From assembly GCA_964252035.1 (NCBI GenBank), contig CAXUOO010000219.1: DNA of 64,000 bases, one strand, 5' to 3'. A program made the translations under genes and the position numbers. Position 1 is the stretch's first letter; each line of letters starts with the position of its first letter. Of the stretch, positions 48,234-60,330 are shown piece after piece. This DNA comes from Podarcis erhardii (taxonomy: Eukaryota). The notes beneath the pieces are model-generated. The model was not told the DNA's origin, ran no database searches, and was given only the letters and a program-made list of their open reading frames with translations.

Positions 48234-50727
48234 CACTCAACTTTTCAGCGCAAATTCACGGTGCTGCCCCGTGGCGAAGCGTAATCCTTGAAGAAAAGTT
48301 GTGGTGTCGTTCGCACTCAGCTGAAATTCCAGCAACAATCTGGTGGATTTTTGTCGGCGTCTCGCTGTGATATATTGTGGTGGGCCGCCATCTAGATCTG
48401 TCTCAGCAACGATGTGCACATGTAGAATGCAAAATCTTGAATTTACATGCGATGCAGTTTGCGCTCAGTGGAACCTGCACACGTATACGCAAGATAAGCT
48501 GCACCAAGGTCGAATATTTGCTGACGATATACACCTTAATAAAATTGCGCAGGCTAATCCATTACTGCACATGTGCAAAATATCATCCTGGCTGCTACTA
48601 AAACTTTCGAGGCCGAAATCTCTGGGTTAATCAAGCGACAATATTTGTGTGGCGCGCTTAGTATTGGAACTCGAGCGTTTTTCAACTTCAAAAAATTAAT
48701 ATTAAAGTAGCAGTTTGACTAATTTTTACTTCCCGATAAAATAGATGATACTTTAAATTCCACGTTTTTGAGCTCTTCACTTAGAGGTGTTCATTAGTTG
48801 CAGTGAGAGAGGAGTACGTATGCTGAACTTAGTGAAGTACATTGCCTCTCCATAGTACATATGAACCATAAAGCACCATTTTAATGCTGTGCAGTAGCCT
48901 GTTTGTAATGAATTTACGCTTTCTTTTTACACTTCTTGAAACCGCAATGCCGTTTATATAAACCTGGTACCCACTGTACCAACCCGCATGTAGATTCTAC
49001 AATCCATAATGTATTATATGGGTCAGCAGATTCAAGGTATGCGATTCTAGCTTTGTCTGATTCAAAAATAGATTTCCCAGACATTCGAAATTAATATTGC
49101 AGAGAACTTTGTACCACGTGAAACGTGTACACTGGCCATATCGGAATATTTTACTAGTAGTCACACCGACTGGCTCTCTTTTCTCGATTGATCAGTGCCT
49201 CTCAAGTCTTTTTCACATTAATTCAACGGTGGGTGGCATTGCGGCGACCATCCTGTTTTGTGAAGAAGTTGCAATATTTCGAAACACTGTGGTGGGTTTG
49301 TGAACGTACACCGCACCGTCCGCTGTTGTCATGCGTAAGCCTGTCGCTGTCTTGCATGATTCGGCGATTAGTAGAGAGTTTCGAATGATATTGTCAATTC
49401 TACAAAAGGGTAGTTGCATATTCTCCCTATACGAACATGCCCGTTTTTGCTAGGTTGCTTCCTGCGTGTTCTGTGATTTCGTTCCTTGTTTTCACAAACC
49501 GTTATAACCAGTGAGGCAAGGAGCGAGATTTCTGGAGATTTTTACGTTGCTGCGACTTGGGATGCTGACGTTCTTTTTCTTTTGTTTCCCCCTCCGCTAA
49601 ATTCGATTACAGTCCCTCTATTTGAATGCTACCTACTTCTTTTGATTATATCACCTGCATTTTCCTCGTCAAATCTTCAATTACCTTATTATTTGTCGGG
49701 CTATCAAATTCGAATTTATTAGTTTCCCAGTTCGAATTCGAAAGTCTCTAATTTTTCCATGTAATTATGCATCAATGAAATTTTTCGAAGCGAATTCCAT
49801 TCACGGCGCATTGATGGCGTGAGTGTAAAATAGCAAGTTGATCGAACCGTACTAGCGGCTCTACGAGCTTGTTTTTCCGACCGGTTTAGAAGAAGGGCAG
49901 TCGAAATTTGAAGTTGAGGCACGCTTTTGCGAATCAGTATTATTATAAAGCTGATAAAAAGATATCTTCTGCGTTGTTGTGCCAGTGTTGGCGGATATGA
50001 ATCCCTTTTTATTCTTTCGAGCGTAAAAACCAAAGTTGCTACTGGCGATGTAAGATTCTCGCTTTTCCTCCATCTTACCGGTAGCAATCCTTAACCTTCC
50101 CTATGTCGTTCCATAGAGATATATGCTTTTGGTATTGCGCGGCCTTTTTGATTATTTTTTGTTGCTTTCAGTGAAGCAGTGTAGACCTTTTCTTCACGTT
50201 TATTCTAAATGTCATATCCTCGAATGTTAGATCTTCGTATTGATCGTAAATTTGGCTGGGCCACCTTCGTTTCAGCTTGAGTATTCGTCGCATATATATT
50301 TCAAGATGATTTCGATGAAACCGTGTGTGGAGGGCTCTGTTCGTGTAAACCTTGAGGATTTTTACAATATTCCCGAAGGAACAAGTGAGGAGGTCGCTAT
50401 TGGGTTGATATCAGAAGGTGGTGACATAGTAGCTACTGAAGATGTCTGCTTCACTGTCGTACGCTATACCTAATCAGTTGTCCGTGTTGATGCCGCCGCA
50501 CCATGTGGTCTTCTCCGCAAGAATCGCTCCATTTTTGATAAAACTCTTAGCACTACCAAGTCACAATCTATGTGCATGTGTGTATATTCTTTTTGTCTTC
50601 CTGGTCCTTTTTGGAATGCTGTATTCTTATTCTGATATGTGATGTTTGCTGTATTTTTTTGACTCTTCGCCGTCGTAGTCGCGCGCAGGTTCTTGAACAT
50701 CTGGAGGTCTTGATTGTCACGTGTTAG
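43704..50727 (+). CDS. Many-exon hypothetical protein gene, product unknown; 5' start unresolved (possibly near 42526)
   Basis: Short AG..GT-bounded segments translate cleanly: from ~43704 VADLVDLDENKEVVFRTNF; 46499-46594 AVRRCRDDANTPLRNRAEYLDIWRLLNVSPHC; from 49103 RTLYHVKRVHWPYRNILLVVTPTGSLFSID; 49962-50049; 50276-50458; 50689-50727 (stop). The last three exons join in phase 0. Intermediate exons are only partly resolved. Confidence 0.55.
47860..48230. repeat. Cluster of three (TA)n microsatellites (~47860-47884, ~48045-48076, ~48187-48230), intronic
   Basis: Direct reading. Confidence 0.9.
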
Positions 50728-51146
50728 CTTTGCTTCTCTCAAGCGCACCAGTGGTTTTCTCCTTCTTCTTTTTAGATGTTCTTCTCCTGTCAATTATGTC
50801 TCTTTTTCCTGCCATGTTTCTGCTCGTCAATTCTTCGCACACTGCATGAATTCCTTCTCTTATTAAACCTCTTTTTTTCCATGGTTTACGTCTAAACAGA
50901 ATCAGAGGTGTTGCAAATACGTTTTTTTCCTTATAGCACTAGCAGACCGCCTCCGCCGCATTATTGTACACTACCAGCAGCAGTGTCACACACACCAGAA
51001 GCTGTAATTATACAGACCGGGCAGCACACGTTGCGAATACATCTTTTAAAACAGCAGCATACGTACGGAGATGCGTAAGAGTGTTAGAATTTTGCATATA
51101 TTAAGAGCAAGTTTTGCTCAATCACCAGCGGTGGGATGGAATAGAA

Positions 51147-54100
51147 ATGGCTACGGAAGCAGATATTGATAAGATATATGCTTTGAATATGGGAGAAGAA
51201 GACTTCGCTCTCAACCCTCTTCACTTCCACGAAGATGCAGAACACGAAGAAGATGCAAAGAATGACGATACATTTGGAGAGTTCGCTGCTGTGGACGAGA
51301 TAGGTACATTGGAGTAACTTGGTGGTAGAAATTGTTACTTGCTGTCGTTGGATGTGTTTGCATACGGATTTGTGGGTTCATATCTCTGGCTGTTTACAAT
51401 TACACAATATCTATGTTTGTATATATATATATATATATCAAAGCACTTATGCAAATCATTCAGGTTTGATACGAAGCAGATAGTCTGCGTTAAGCATTGT
51501 TTGCGAATCTGTTTATTCACACCTGCGTTGAAATGGGAACGCTGGAGATGCCCTTTCGCGTGGAACGTGTATCACCACAGTACGTGACGCAGGAGTAGTA
51601 TTTTGAATGCAAGTGTTGAGTTCTTCTACAACGTTGCTTTTCAAACAGCGCAGCAAATAAGGTAGCCATAGTTATTTATTCTGTGATCGGCGTGTGGTCT
51701 TTAAACATCAGTTAGTACGTGTAGGAGGAGTTCAAGTTCGCTTTGAATACTCAACCAGAACGCCTTACTGTGTGGCGATAAAAAGGGCTGAGTGCTTATC
51801 TAATGCGTCTGGGTGTCAAAGCGTCTTTACTGATTCATCGTAACCCCTGGGAAATGTTTTTTCTACATCAGTAGGTAGCGCGCCGGTAGAAGCACTTTTA
51901 CACACACATATAAGGCAGGATGTTGTCCCTTGATTAGTCTGTGTATCTATCGATGAGTTCGAATATGTATCCATATTTATCTGTCTGTACGTTTGTAGGA
52001 GAATGACGAGCAGGACTCTGCGGGCTTGTCGTCAACTCGTTTGTTGATTTTTCGTTCATTTGTCTCTCTTTCTGTCTCTCGGTGTATATATTATACATCC
52101 GTATACACGAGTATGTCCATTTACTTGTCTGCATGTCTCCCGTTTTTTCTGTGCGCCGTAGAATGAGTGCCTGACTTTGTCTGAGCTGTGTTTCAGATGA
52201 TAATTGGCGTCCGGACGAGGGAGCGGTGGGCGTGTTCGAAGCCCTGCGCGCCGCCACCCACCAACAGCGTCTGCGCCTTCACCCCCACCAGCAACAGCAG
52301 AATTTCGCGAATTTGGAGCAACTGCAGCCCCCGCCCCAAAAAGAGATTAGTGCGCATAACTCTCTACACTTCGTAGAGCAGAGCCAAGAAAGCAGCAGAA
52401 GAGTGCTTGGGGCAACGCCAGGGCCCCCCTTGCGCGCAAGCGATCCCCACAGCGAGTTCGGGCAAGAGTCGGGTGCTTCTTCGTTTTCTGGCGCTGATGC
52501 GGGCGCAACAGACGCCGCTGCGAGGAGGAAACTCCAGCCTTCGAAGAAGCAGCACGAACAAGCGTGTTTTCAGCAGCAGCGAAGGCAAGAGCAACTGCAG
52601 AAGCAGCAGCAGCAGCAGTCGCAAGCCCAGCAGCCAAGCAGCAGCAGTGGGCCCCCCCCCCCGCCTTTCGCACACAAGCCTGCACCTTTTCCTTTGCTGT
52701 CTTCGCGCTCGTCAGTGACCGAGCAACTCGACAAGCTCATTGCCTTCAAGCGCCAACAACAACAGCAGACGCAGCAGCAGACGCAGCAGCCCCTTGAAGC
52801 GCCGTCTGCTGTTGTTTCAGTTGGCGTTTTTGCAGGGCCCTCTCTCTCTCGCTCAGTCGCATCCTCCTCCTCCTCTGCGTTTCCGCCGCACAGGGGAGAA
52901 GAAGCCACACCAGCAGTTTTCTTCGCTCGACAGTCTGTAGAGAGAGCGACGACGCTTTCGCACCAACAACTCCAGGCGTCGTCGCAGCGGGGTCTCGCTT
53001 TCGCAGAAGAAGAAGTAGAAGAAAGAAAAGCGGCAGTTGTGCAAGCGCAGACAGTGAACGCACAGCCCCCACGGCGCTCGTTTCGAGTGGAAGAAGAGAA
53101 CGCGCGAGCGGCGCTTGTTGCTCCTGCGCTGCACCACCCTGCAAGAAGAGGAAGTTTCGACTCAGGAAGCGAAGAAGCTGACGAGCGCATGGTCATGCAG
53201 ATGCTGACAGATCCGTCAGTGACTGCAGCCGCCTTGGCTGCTTTGAACGCTGCCGAAGCTGCCGTCGGCGCTGGCGCCCACTTCGAGCCACCACTGCAAC
53301 AACCACAAGACGAACGAGGCCACAGAGGAGAAGCCCGCCACCACCGGTCGGCTACTTCGCCAGTCAAACGCGCCCCCGAAAAGCAGCAGCCTCACCGCCT
53401 GCTGCAGTTGCTGCACCGACAAACCACTCAGTTCCAGACTAGTGCAAGTCAGTCTGCCACTGCTGCTGCGACAGTGGTGATGACGACGCCGCTCGAGGCA
53501 GCGACTGCAGTCACTTCTTCAGCTCCAGAGAGAACTCGCGCCTCAACGCAGCAGCAGATGCGTCCTGCTCTTTCATTACCACCGGCTCCACTCGCTGTGC
53601 CGAACGATCTCTCCAGTCGGCTGCTGCCAGCCTCCGCGCACTGCCCGGAGTCTGCGTCGGCGCCGCCGACTCAGCAGCGACCGGAGGAGCCGCAGAACTG
53701 GCTGCTGCGCCGAGCAGAAGAAGCGCAGACGACTTTCGCTGCTGGAAAGCCCCGCGTTCTCACGGAAGCCGAGGTGTTGGCCATTTTGCTCACTTCTTCG
53801 TCTCTCTCCAAGTCCAGTTCGAAGACTGAGAGTAGTAGTAGTAGTAGCTGCGCCTCCTCCACGACGCAGCAGCCGCCCGCGAAAAAAGTGGCGTCTCCTT
53901 CTTTTCCTCCTTCTCCTCTTCAGCGCGAACGCCACCGACAGCTGTCGACGGCTGTGGTGGACGCAGTGCCAGAGAAGTTCGACTCTTCTTTGCAGCCGAC
54001 AACTAGTTTGACGCCTTTGGTGACTAGTCAGTCGCAGGCGCTTCAGGGGGCGACGCACTCCCCGCAGTCGCAGCTTCAGCGCGGAGGAGTCTCGTCGATG

Positions 54101-57100
54101 GAGTTCGGGAAACTGAGAGTTTCCACGCCTACGCATGCACCACGAAGAACTGCAGCAGAAGCAGGGGGGTCCGCCCTTGCAATTGCGACGGACACAGTGC
54201 CTGCTGCTCCTCTTCTTCGCAGAAGTGGTGGTGCAGTGCAGCAGCCCTCACGACAAGTTTCACAACAGCCACTGCAGGAACCAGCAAGACACTCTCTGCC
54301 GCAGAACGAGCAGCAGCAGATGCGCTTTTTGTGGGAGGAAGCGCCGACTCCAGCGTGCTGGAGCGGGTTCTGCGAAAGTGAAAAATGCAGTTTCAAAATC
54401 ATCCGACGCCCCGTGGGGAACTTCGCAGGATCTGCGAAAACGACAGAAGCACCGAAAACTGCACCTACTACTACCACTACTACTACTATTGCTGCTGCAG
54501 CAACTCCTCCTCCTACTCCCACTACTACTGCTACTGCTATTGCTGCTGGTGCACCTACTCCTCCTACTCCCACTACTGCTGCTACTGCTATTGCTGCTGG
54601 TGCACCTACTCCTCCTACTCCCAGTACTGCTGCGCTTGCTCAAGTGAAAGCTGCTGGGTTGTTCCGCTCACTGGAGTTCACCGCAGAGCCGCACTTGCGC
54701 AGTCTCTGAGTTCGCTGGCGCCTTGGAGAGTTCCAGTTGGTAGTCTGGAAAAGGATCCGCAAAGCGAGAGAGTGGAGCAGCAGCAGAAGAGCGTGCAGGC
54801 GAAGCTGCTGCGAAAGCCGCTGATGACTGCCTTCGACCTGGACTGCATTCTGCGACCTGCAACTCACGAACATGGCGAAACTCCCGCAACTGCAGCTGAT
54901 AAGCGGTCGCTGGAACTTCCGCTTTCTGCGCAACAGACAGGCGGCCAGCAGCAGTTCGCAACCGCAGCAACAGTCTAGTGGGGGAGTAGTCTGGAGCTTT
55001 TCGGGGGAGTCTGGAGCTTCGCTGCAACAGCAACAACAGCAGCAACAGCAGCAGTTTCTCCTTCCGTCTTCACCGCTGGAAATGGAGCAGCATCTGCGGC
55101 GGCTGTTGCTGCACCAGCAGACGCTGAAGCAGCAGTTTCGCAAGTCTGGCAGTTCCGCGCAGCAGCAGGAGCAGAGGAAGCAAAAGGAGGAGGAGAAAAG
55201 AGAGGGCAGAGAGTGGACGACGAGAAGACGCTTCGTGAAGAGGGCAGCTGCAGCAGCTCTAGCAAGACAGGCGAAGGCGAACAACTGCTGCTGCTGCTGC
55301 CCGAAGCGCTGGAGAGGAAACTGCACGGCGGCTGCACAGGCGTAGTAGTCGTCAGCCACAGTGCGCGCATGCATCGACTGCTGCTGGGCAGTTTGTCTGT
55401 GCAAGAAGTTTCCGAGTTGCTGCAGCCGCTGCTGCGAGAGGGCGCTCCTCCTCCTCCAGCAGCAGCAGAGGCCTGCGCCGACTACTTGCGAACGAGTAGT
55501 AGTGGGGCTGCAGCAGCAGAAGCAGCGCAGTCTGCGAAGAGGCCCTCGAGTGGGGAACCACTGGAGGCAGAGCCAGACACTGAAGCTGAGGAACTCGCTG
55601 CTGCAAAGACTGCTGCGTTGCAACAACAGAAGCAGCAGCAGCAGCCACAGAAGAGCGACGCCAGTGCGCAGGAACGCGAGTTACGACGTCTGCAAAAGCG
55701 ATTTGGGAAACCCACTTACTGCACAGTGCGACAGCCTCGAAGCTCCATTCACGTCGGCTCCGCTACTGCTGCTGCTGCTGTTGTTGGAGACGGGGATTCC
55801 AGGCCTGCGGCAGTTGCAGAGGAAGATGAAGCAGAGGAAGCTCGCCTGTCGGCAGCAGCAACGGGAACTGAAGACGCGCAACAAACTCTGCAGTCTGAGC
55901 AGTTCTCCGAAAAAGGTCTTGCTCTTGCTGGTGGTGGTGGTGCTGGTGGTGGTGGTGCTCACTGTGCAGATGACAGCAAAAGCAGGCGGCGACTTGTGCG
56001 CTCGGTGAGTCAGTTGCTCTCTGTTGTGAGCGGAACTGTCTGTTCAGCAGGATTCCGTTTCTCTCCTGTACTTCTCAGGAAATGAAAATGTGGGATTTGC
56101 TGTAGATTCAGTTCGCTTGTTCGCATTGTAGTCATCAAGTGTACATACACATCAAACACACACGCACGAGGACGCAGGAGTACACGAGAGAGAGAGGCTT
56201 CGATTATACAATCAATTTACTCCATAATTTCAATTAACGTATAGCTGAGGTTGCGAAAAACCCGCGCTGCCTCGAACAGTTCGGTCAGCAACCGGTCAGC
56301 AACGTGATTTTGACCAACTATCCACAGCGTATGCACCATATGTACATATATGTAAATCTATTTTGCATACATATACATATATGTAACTCCACATAGGTAT
56401 GTATATACACACACAAGTTTTGTATATTGATGGCACGTATGCTTTGGAGTGTTTTACACGTTGTGTGTATGAGCATAATGTGGAATTCGAGCCCATTGCG
56501 TTTAAAAATGGCTCTATAGTGGGTATACAAATGTGTAGGCGTATTACGTGTGGTCAGCGTTGTTCTATATATATATTTATATGTGTATATATATGTTTGT
56601 TCAGTGTGTTTGTTTTACTGATGTATTTCACCGTGATACATCTGCTTATATACGACAAAGTTCACTGAACTTGCGTGCTGGATTCAAGTTGCTTCCGCTT
56701 GGAGGCAGCGGTTCCAAAGCATTTTTTCAAGCGAATCTACTACACGTATCTGTATATGTATATATGTGGCTTTAAAATAACTCCATCGTTTTGGTTCGGT
56801 ACTGCAAACAAGGTTGTGGGTTCATATATTAGACATTTGCATTAGACATTTTAGACAAATACGTACACTCTCGTGAGTATATGCAAGTCCTTTCACGTTA
56901 CGTTTACGCATCCACAGCATCCCATCTCGTTCCAGATAACCAATATACACTCATATGTATGAAACCAATATACACTAATAATGTGTATGAAGTGAAGGAG
57001 AAATCAAATGAATGAAACCAATATACACTAATAATGTGTATAAAGTGAAGGAGAAATCAAATGAATGAAACCAGTATACACTAATAATGTGTATACAGTG

Positions 57101-58744
57101 AAGAGAAATCAAATGTATGAAACCAGTATACACTAATATGTGTATGCAGTGAAGGAGAAATCAATCTGTTTGCACAGAAGTGTGTGGCTGCTGAAGCATG
57201 ATAGCAGGACTGCTTTGAGTCCCTGTCTTTGTTTTTGTGTCGACAGTTGGTGTTTGGCGGCAGCAGCGTCTGCAATTCAAAATCCCAGGGCGCTGCTACT
57301 TTTGCACAGCATCTGACGAGTTTGCGTGTAATAGAAGACGCGTTTGATGTGTTGTTGGAGGCTGAAGCTCTCGAAGACGAACTGGTGGTAAAGTCCAAGC
57401 TCATTTGGGTGTTTGTGGAGAAGTGTCTTCTTTTGCATATATCTCCTGCAGCTGTCATCCTTACTGCATATATCTTTGGGTCCCCCTCTGTTTTCCACCT
57501 CTAGTCAAACGCGGTCTCTGCTCCGCCCCCTTCAGTTGTCTGTCTTCCTTCACGATTTCACTCCTACAGCATATTTCATGTATAAGTACTTACATATACA
57601 TATACGTATGTGAGAATTTATATATGTATGTATGTACGTATGTATGTATGTATGTTGTCTGATGTCGGCGTGCTGGTCATAGAGAAGAGTATGGATATTT
57701 CTAGGTGGCTGTTTTTGCGTGGTTTGCTGCGATTTTTTGCAGGATAGCTCTGCGAGTCATGCGCACGCGCGAAGGCGTCTTTTGGAGCAACAACAGCACT
57801 TTTCGCAGCAGCTGCTGGAGCTTCTTTTGCTGCGTCGCTGCGTCGTCGTTTCGGGTGTCACGACACCTGACGAAGACCAGGCTGTCCTGTACACGCTCGA
57901 CGTGCATCCGTCAGCGTGTGTGGACTCAATAGAGGCGTACGTGAGTTTTTTCAGGCGAAACGCACAGCAGCAGCCGCACCTTCGTGAAGAAGAGCCGAAG
58001 AAACACCCCCTACTACTAGAGCAAAACTGGCAGCCTTCTTCGTCGCAGCCCCACAACACGCAGCCAAAGCAACTCGAGTTGACGCAGCAGCAGCAGCAGC
58101 TGACTGTGCAAGTGGAGGAAGGCAGGGAATGCACTCGCTGGATGCTCACGCAAGTGTACAGCAACGCGAAAGGCAGGCAGTTGCTGTTACGGGCACTGTT
58201 GCTTTTTTCGGAGACGCAAGCAGCGCTTCTTCTGCAGGGCTTGTGTAGCAGTGCGACTGTTTTGCAGAGTGTGTGTGCTGCTGCAGATGCTGCTTTGGTG
58301 CAGCAGCAGAGTCCGCAAAAGGAACTGAACAAACCACCAGCGCCTTTTTTTGCTGAACAAGGGGACGCGACTGAGCTGACGAAAAAGAAGCAGCAGCAGC
58401 AGCAGAAGAAGGGAAAGGAGAAGAGCCAAGAGGGAGGCGAAGCTGCACTACTGCTGCCTGCTGCTGTGTCGTGTGCTGAGCTTTTCGAAGACTTGCTTTT
58501 GCTGCTGGACGGCAACCACAACGTCTGCAATGTCGGCAGAGGGGGACACTTGCTCAGTTTGATGCGAGAAACAACAGGTGGACTCTCCTCTTTCGCCGCT
58601 CCCTTGTATGTGCAGGTGATGCAGTTGCTTCTCCGTTTAGGCTCTCGTTCGAGTGCTGGCAGCGTCTGGTTCATGACTGGACTCTGTCAGCAAATCGTCT
58701 GGGGTCTTTCTCTGAGCGCCCTGGTCAAGCTTTTGCAGTGGCGT
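51147..58744 (+). CDS. PAT1: PAT1 (Pat1/PATL1) mRNA decapping / P-body scaffold protein. Model exons: 51147-51303, 52197-56004, 57310-57387, 57743-58744; further 3' exons likely to ~60520 or beyond
   Basis: Five family motifs appear in the expected order: acidic N-terminus EEDAKNDDTFGEFAAVDEIDDNW (cf. human PATL1 NDDTFG..VDDDW); LMTAFDLDCILR-LQLTNM; FGKPTYCTVRQPRSSI; LRVIEDAFDVLLEAE; KGRQLLLRALLLFSETQAALLL (cf. KGKRLVARILPFLSTEQAADIL). Splice phases are consistent (1, 0, 0). Exon 2 has frame switches near 54690, at 54856 and between 54979 and 55345. Confidence 0.88.
54485..54632 (+). repeat. 51-bp coding tandem repeat (~2.8 copies) giving a 17-aa unit PTPPTPTTAATAIAAGA in PAT1 exon 2
   Basis: ctattgctgctggtgcacctactcctcctactccca recurs at a 51-nt period. 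Confidence 0.85.
56961..57165. repeat. 53-bp minisatellite, ~4 copies, in a PAT1 intron
   Basis: The unit gaaaccaatatacactaataatgtgtatgaagtgaaggagaaatcaaatgaat starts at 56961, 57014, 57067 and 57119. A partial unit lies upstream at ~56940. Confidence 0.95.
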
Positions 58745-60330
58745 GTAAGTCAGACACGCTCTTTTCTTTTCGCCGCCTCTGCTGTTGCTCTTCTCGTGGC
58801 TGCTCCAACACTCTTCTTGCTGCGAGTGGTTGCCGAAACAGGGGGGCTTTCGTTTGCGGGAGTTCTCCACATCTCTTGCTGGTTTCTGCGTGATTGCGCA
58901 CTGTATATAATGCCACGGAAGCACTCTCTGAGAATAATAGCCCTCTCTGTTCGTGTGCAGCTGTGTGCTGTGCTGCGTCTACGTCTTTTGTCTATCGTGC
59001 TTTTCTCTCTCAGAAATACGACTCAATTTATGTCCACCGTTTCAATTCGCGTCTCCGCCTCGTCTTTCGTGCTGCCGATGCTGCTCTTTCTGTCGTAACA
59101 AAAACAGCGCTTCACTCGTGTGAAGAGTTTGTGACCTGCTGTGCATGTCCTGTGCTGTGTGCACAGAGCGCCTGTTGTCTATTTGCCTCAATTGTTGCTC
59201 TTCTGCCAGCTCCAGCCTGTCTTTCTCCTGATCAAAGGTGAGTTCAAGATGATGACGGCAGCACCTTAGCAGAAATGGAAGCGTGTGTCTCAGAATGATA
59301 TACACAGCTCGGCGCGTTTCTCTCATTGAACCCGTCTGTTAGTGGAACGACGACGTTGTCACAGTCTCTGAATTGTCGCTGAGACTCTCTTTGCTCCTAA
59401 TAGTAGCTAGACTAGCAGTTTTCAAAGAGTATGCTGTTGCTATTGACGATAGTGAGAGAGTGGCTCATGGGATCTCCTTCAGTGTTTCCTGCAGACCTTT
59501 TTTTGCTTGGTGACCAGAACGCGATCAGCAGTATATCAACTGTGGTATCTCTGCTATCACTACTATTACGAATGGTGTAGGTTTGAACTTGAGGTCTGCT
59601 TTAAGCTTCTGACGTATTGTGTTCTGCCCTTTGCTTCGATTTCCGCTGCTAGTGGCGCCGCTGCTTCTGACCTGCTACAGTGCAACTTGCTGTGTGTCAG
59701 TTTGATACATATGGCGCAAGTTATTATTACGACAGCGCTCTTTGTCTTGTTGCTGCCAATGCAGAAGTTTGCATCATGATAGTCAGTGTGCGTGCATTCT
59801 CCAGCTCGACTGCTGCGTTGTTGTTGTTGCAGTGGCTGTTGAATAGGCAGCTTGTTGACATTGCTGTTGTCACGATTTGTTTTTCGCTAAGGAGGTTTTC
59901 TAGCACAGCCTGTCTGCTCTGCAAGCTGTCGAGTGTGCAGCCAAATCAGCTAGCCTTTTGCTGCTGCTGTTACAAGTCAACGTAGCACCTTTACGCAGAA
60001 ATATAGCAACAACAAGCATGTCAGCCACTCAATCAGGATGAAGTAAGGGCAGCAGCAGGCGCTACGATGACTTGGAAATGACGCGTCAAGTGTATCGGTG
60101 CGCTTGTGTGGATTGTTGTGGTTGCTGTTACGTATGTGCACGAAACCGCTGGTTTCCGCTGTTGTGGTTTTGTTACGGCGCTGCAAGTAGTTCTGGTTTG
60201 ATAAACGGTGCCGCTGCGCGTCTAAATCTGATTCACCGCAGCTGCAAGAAATCAGAAGATTAGGGCACCTCAAGGCTGATAAAATTTCACTGTTTTCTTT
60301 GCTGCTGTTTCCGTGGAATGCGTCTACAGC

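Noticed and set aside
33541-55345. Insertion/deletion RNA editing or programmed frameshifting as the cause of the broken motifs
   Set aside because: No such nuclear editing system is known to me in apicomplexans. The shifts are both insertions and deletions, mostly at short homopolymers, with no shared slippery motif. Sequencing error is more parsimonious unless reads say otherwise.
56961-57165. CRISPR-like array of hairpin-containing repeats
   Set aside because: Units are head-to-tail with no unique spacers, there are no cas genes, and the context is a eukaryotic intron.
52347-58674. Many long antisense or alternate-frame ORFs (e.g. 52570..53367, 54640..55626, 57757..58674 minus)
   Set aside because: These are shadow ORFs of CAG/GCA-rich, stop-poor PAT1 exons. 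All family motifs are on the plus strand.
58745-59098. Hydrophobic C-terminal third of ORF 57719..59098 as a TM region of PAT1
   Set aside because: It follows a canonical GTAAGT donor at 58745 and is CT-rich, so it is probably intron read-through. Pat1 is a soluble protein.
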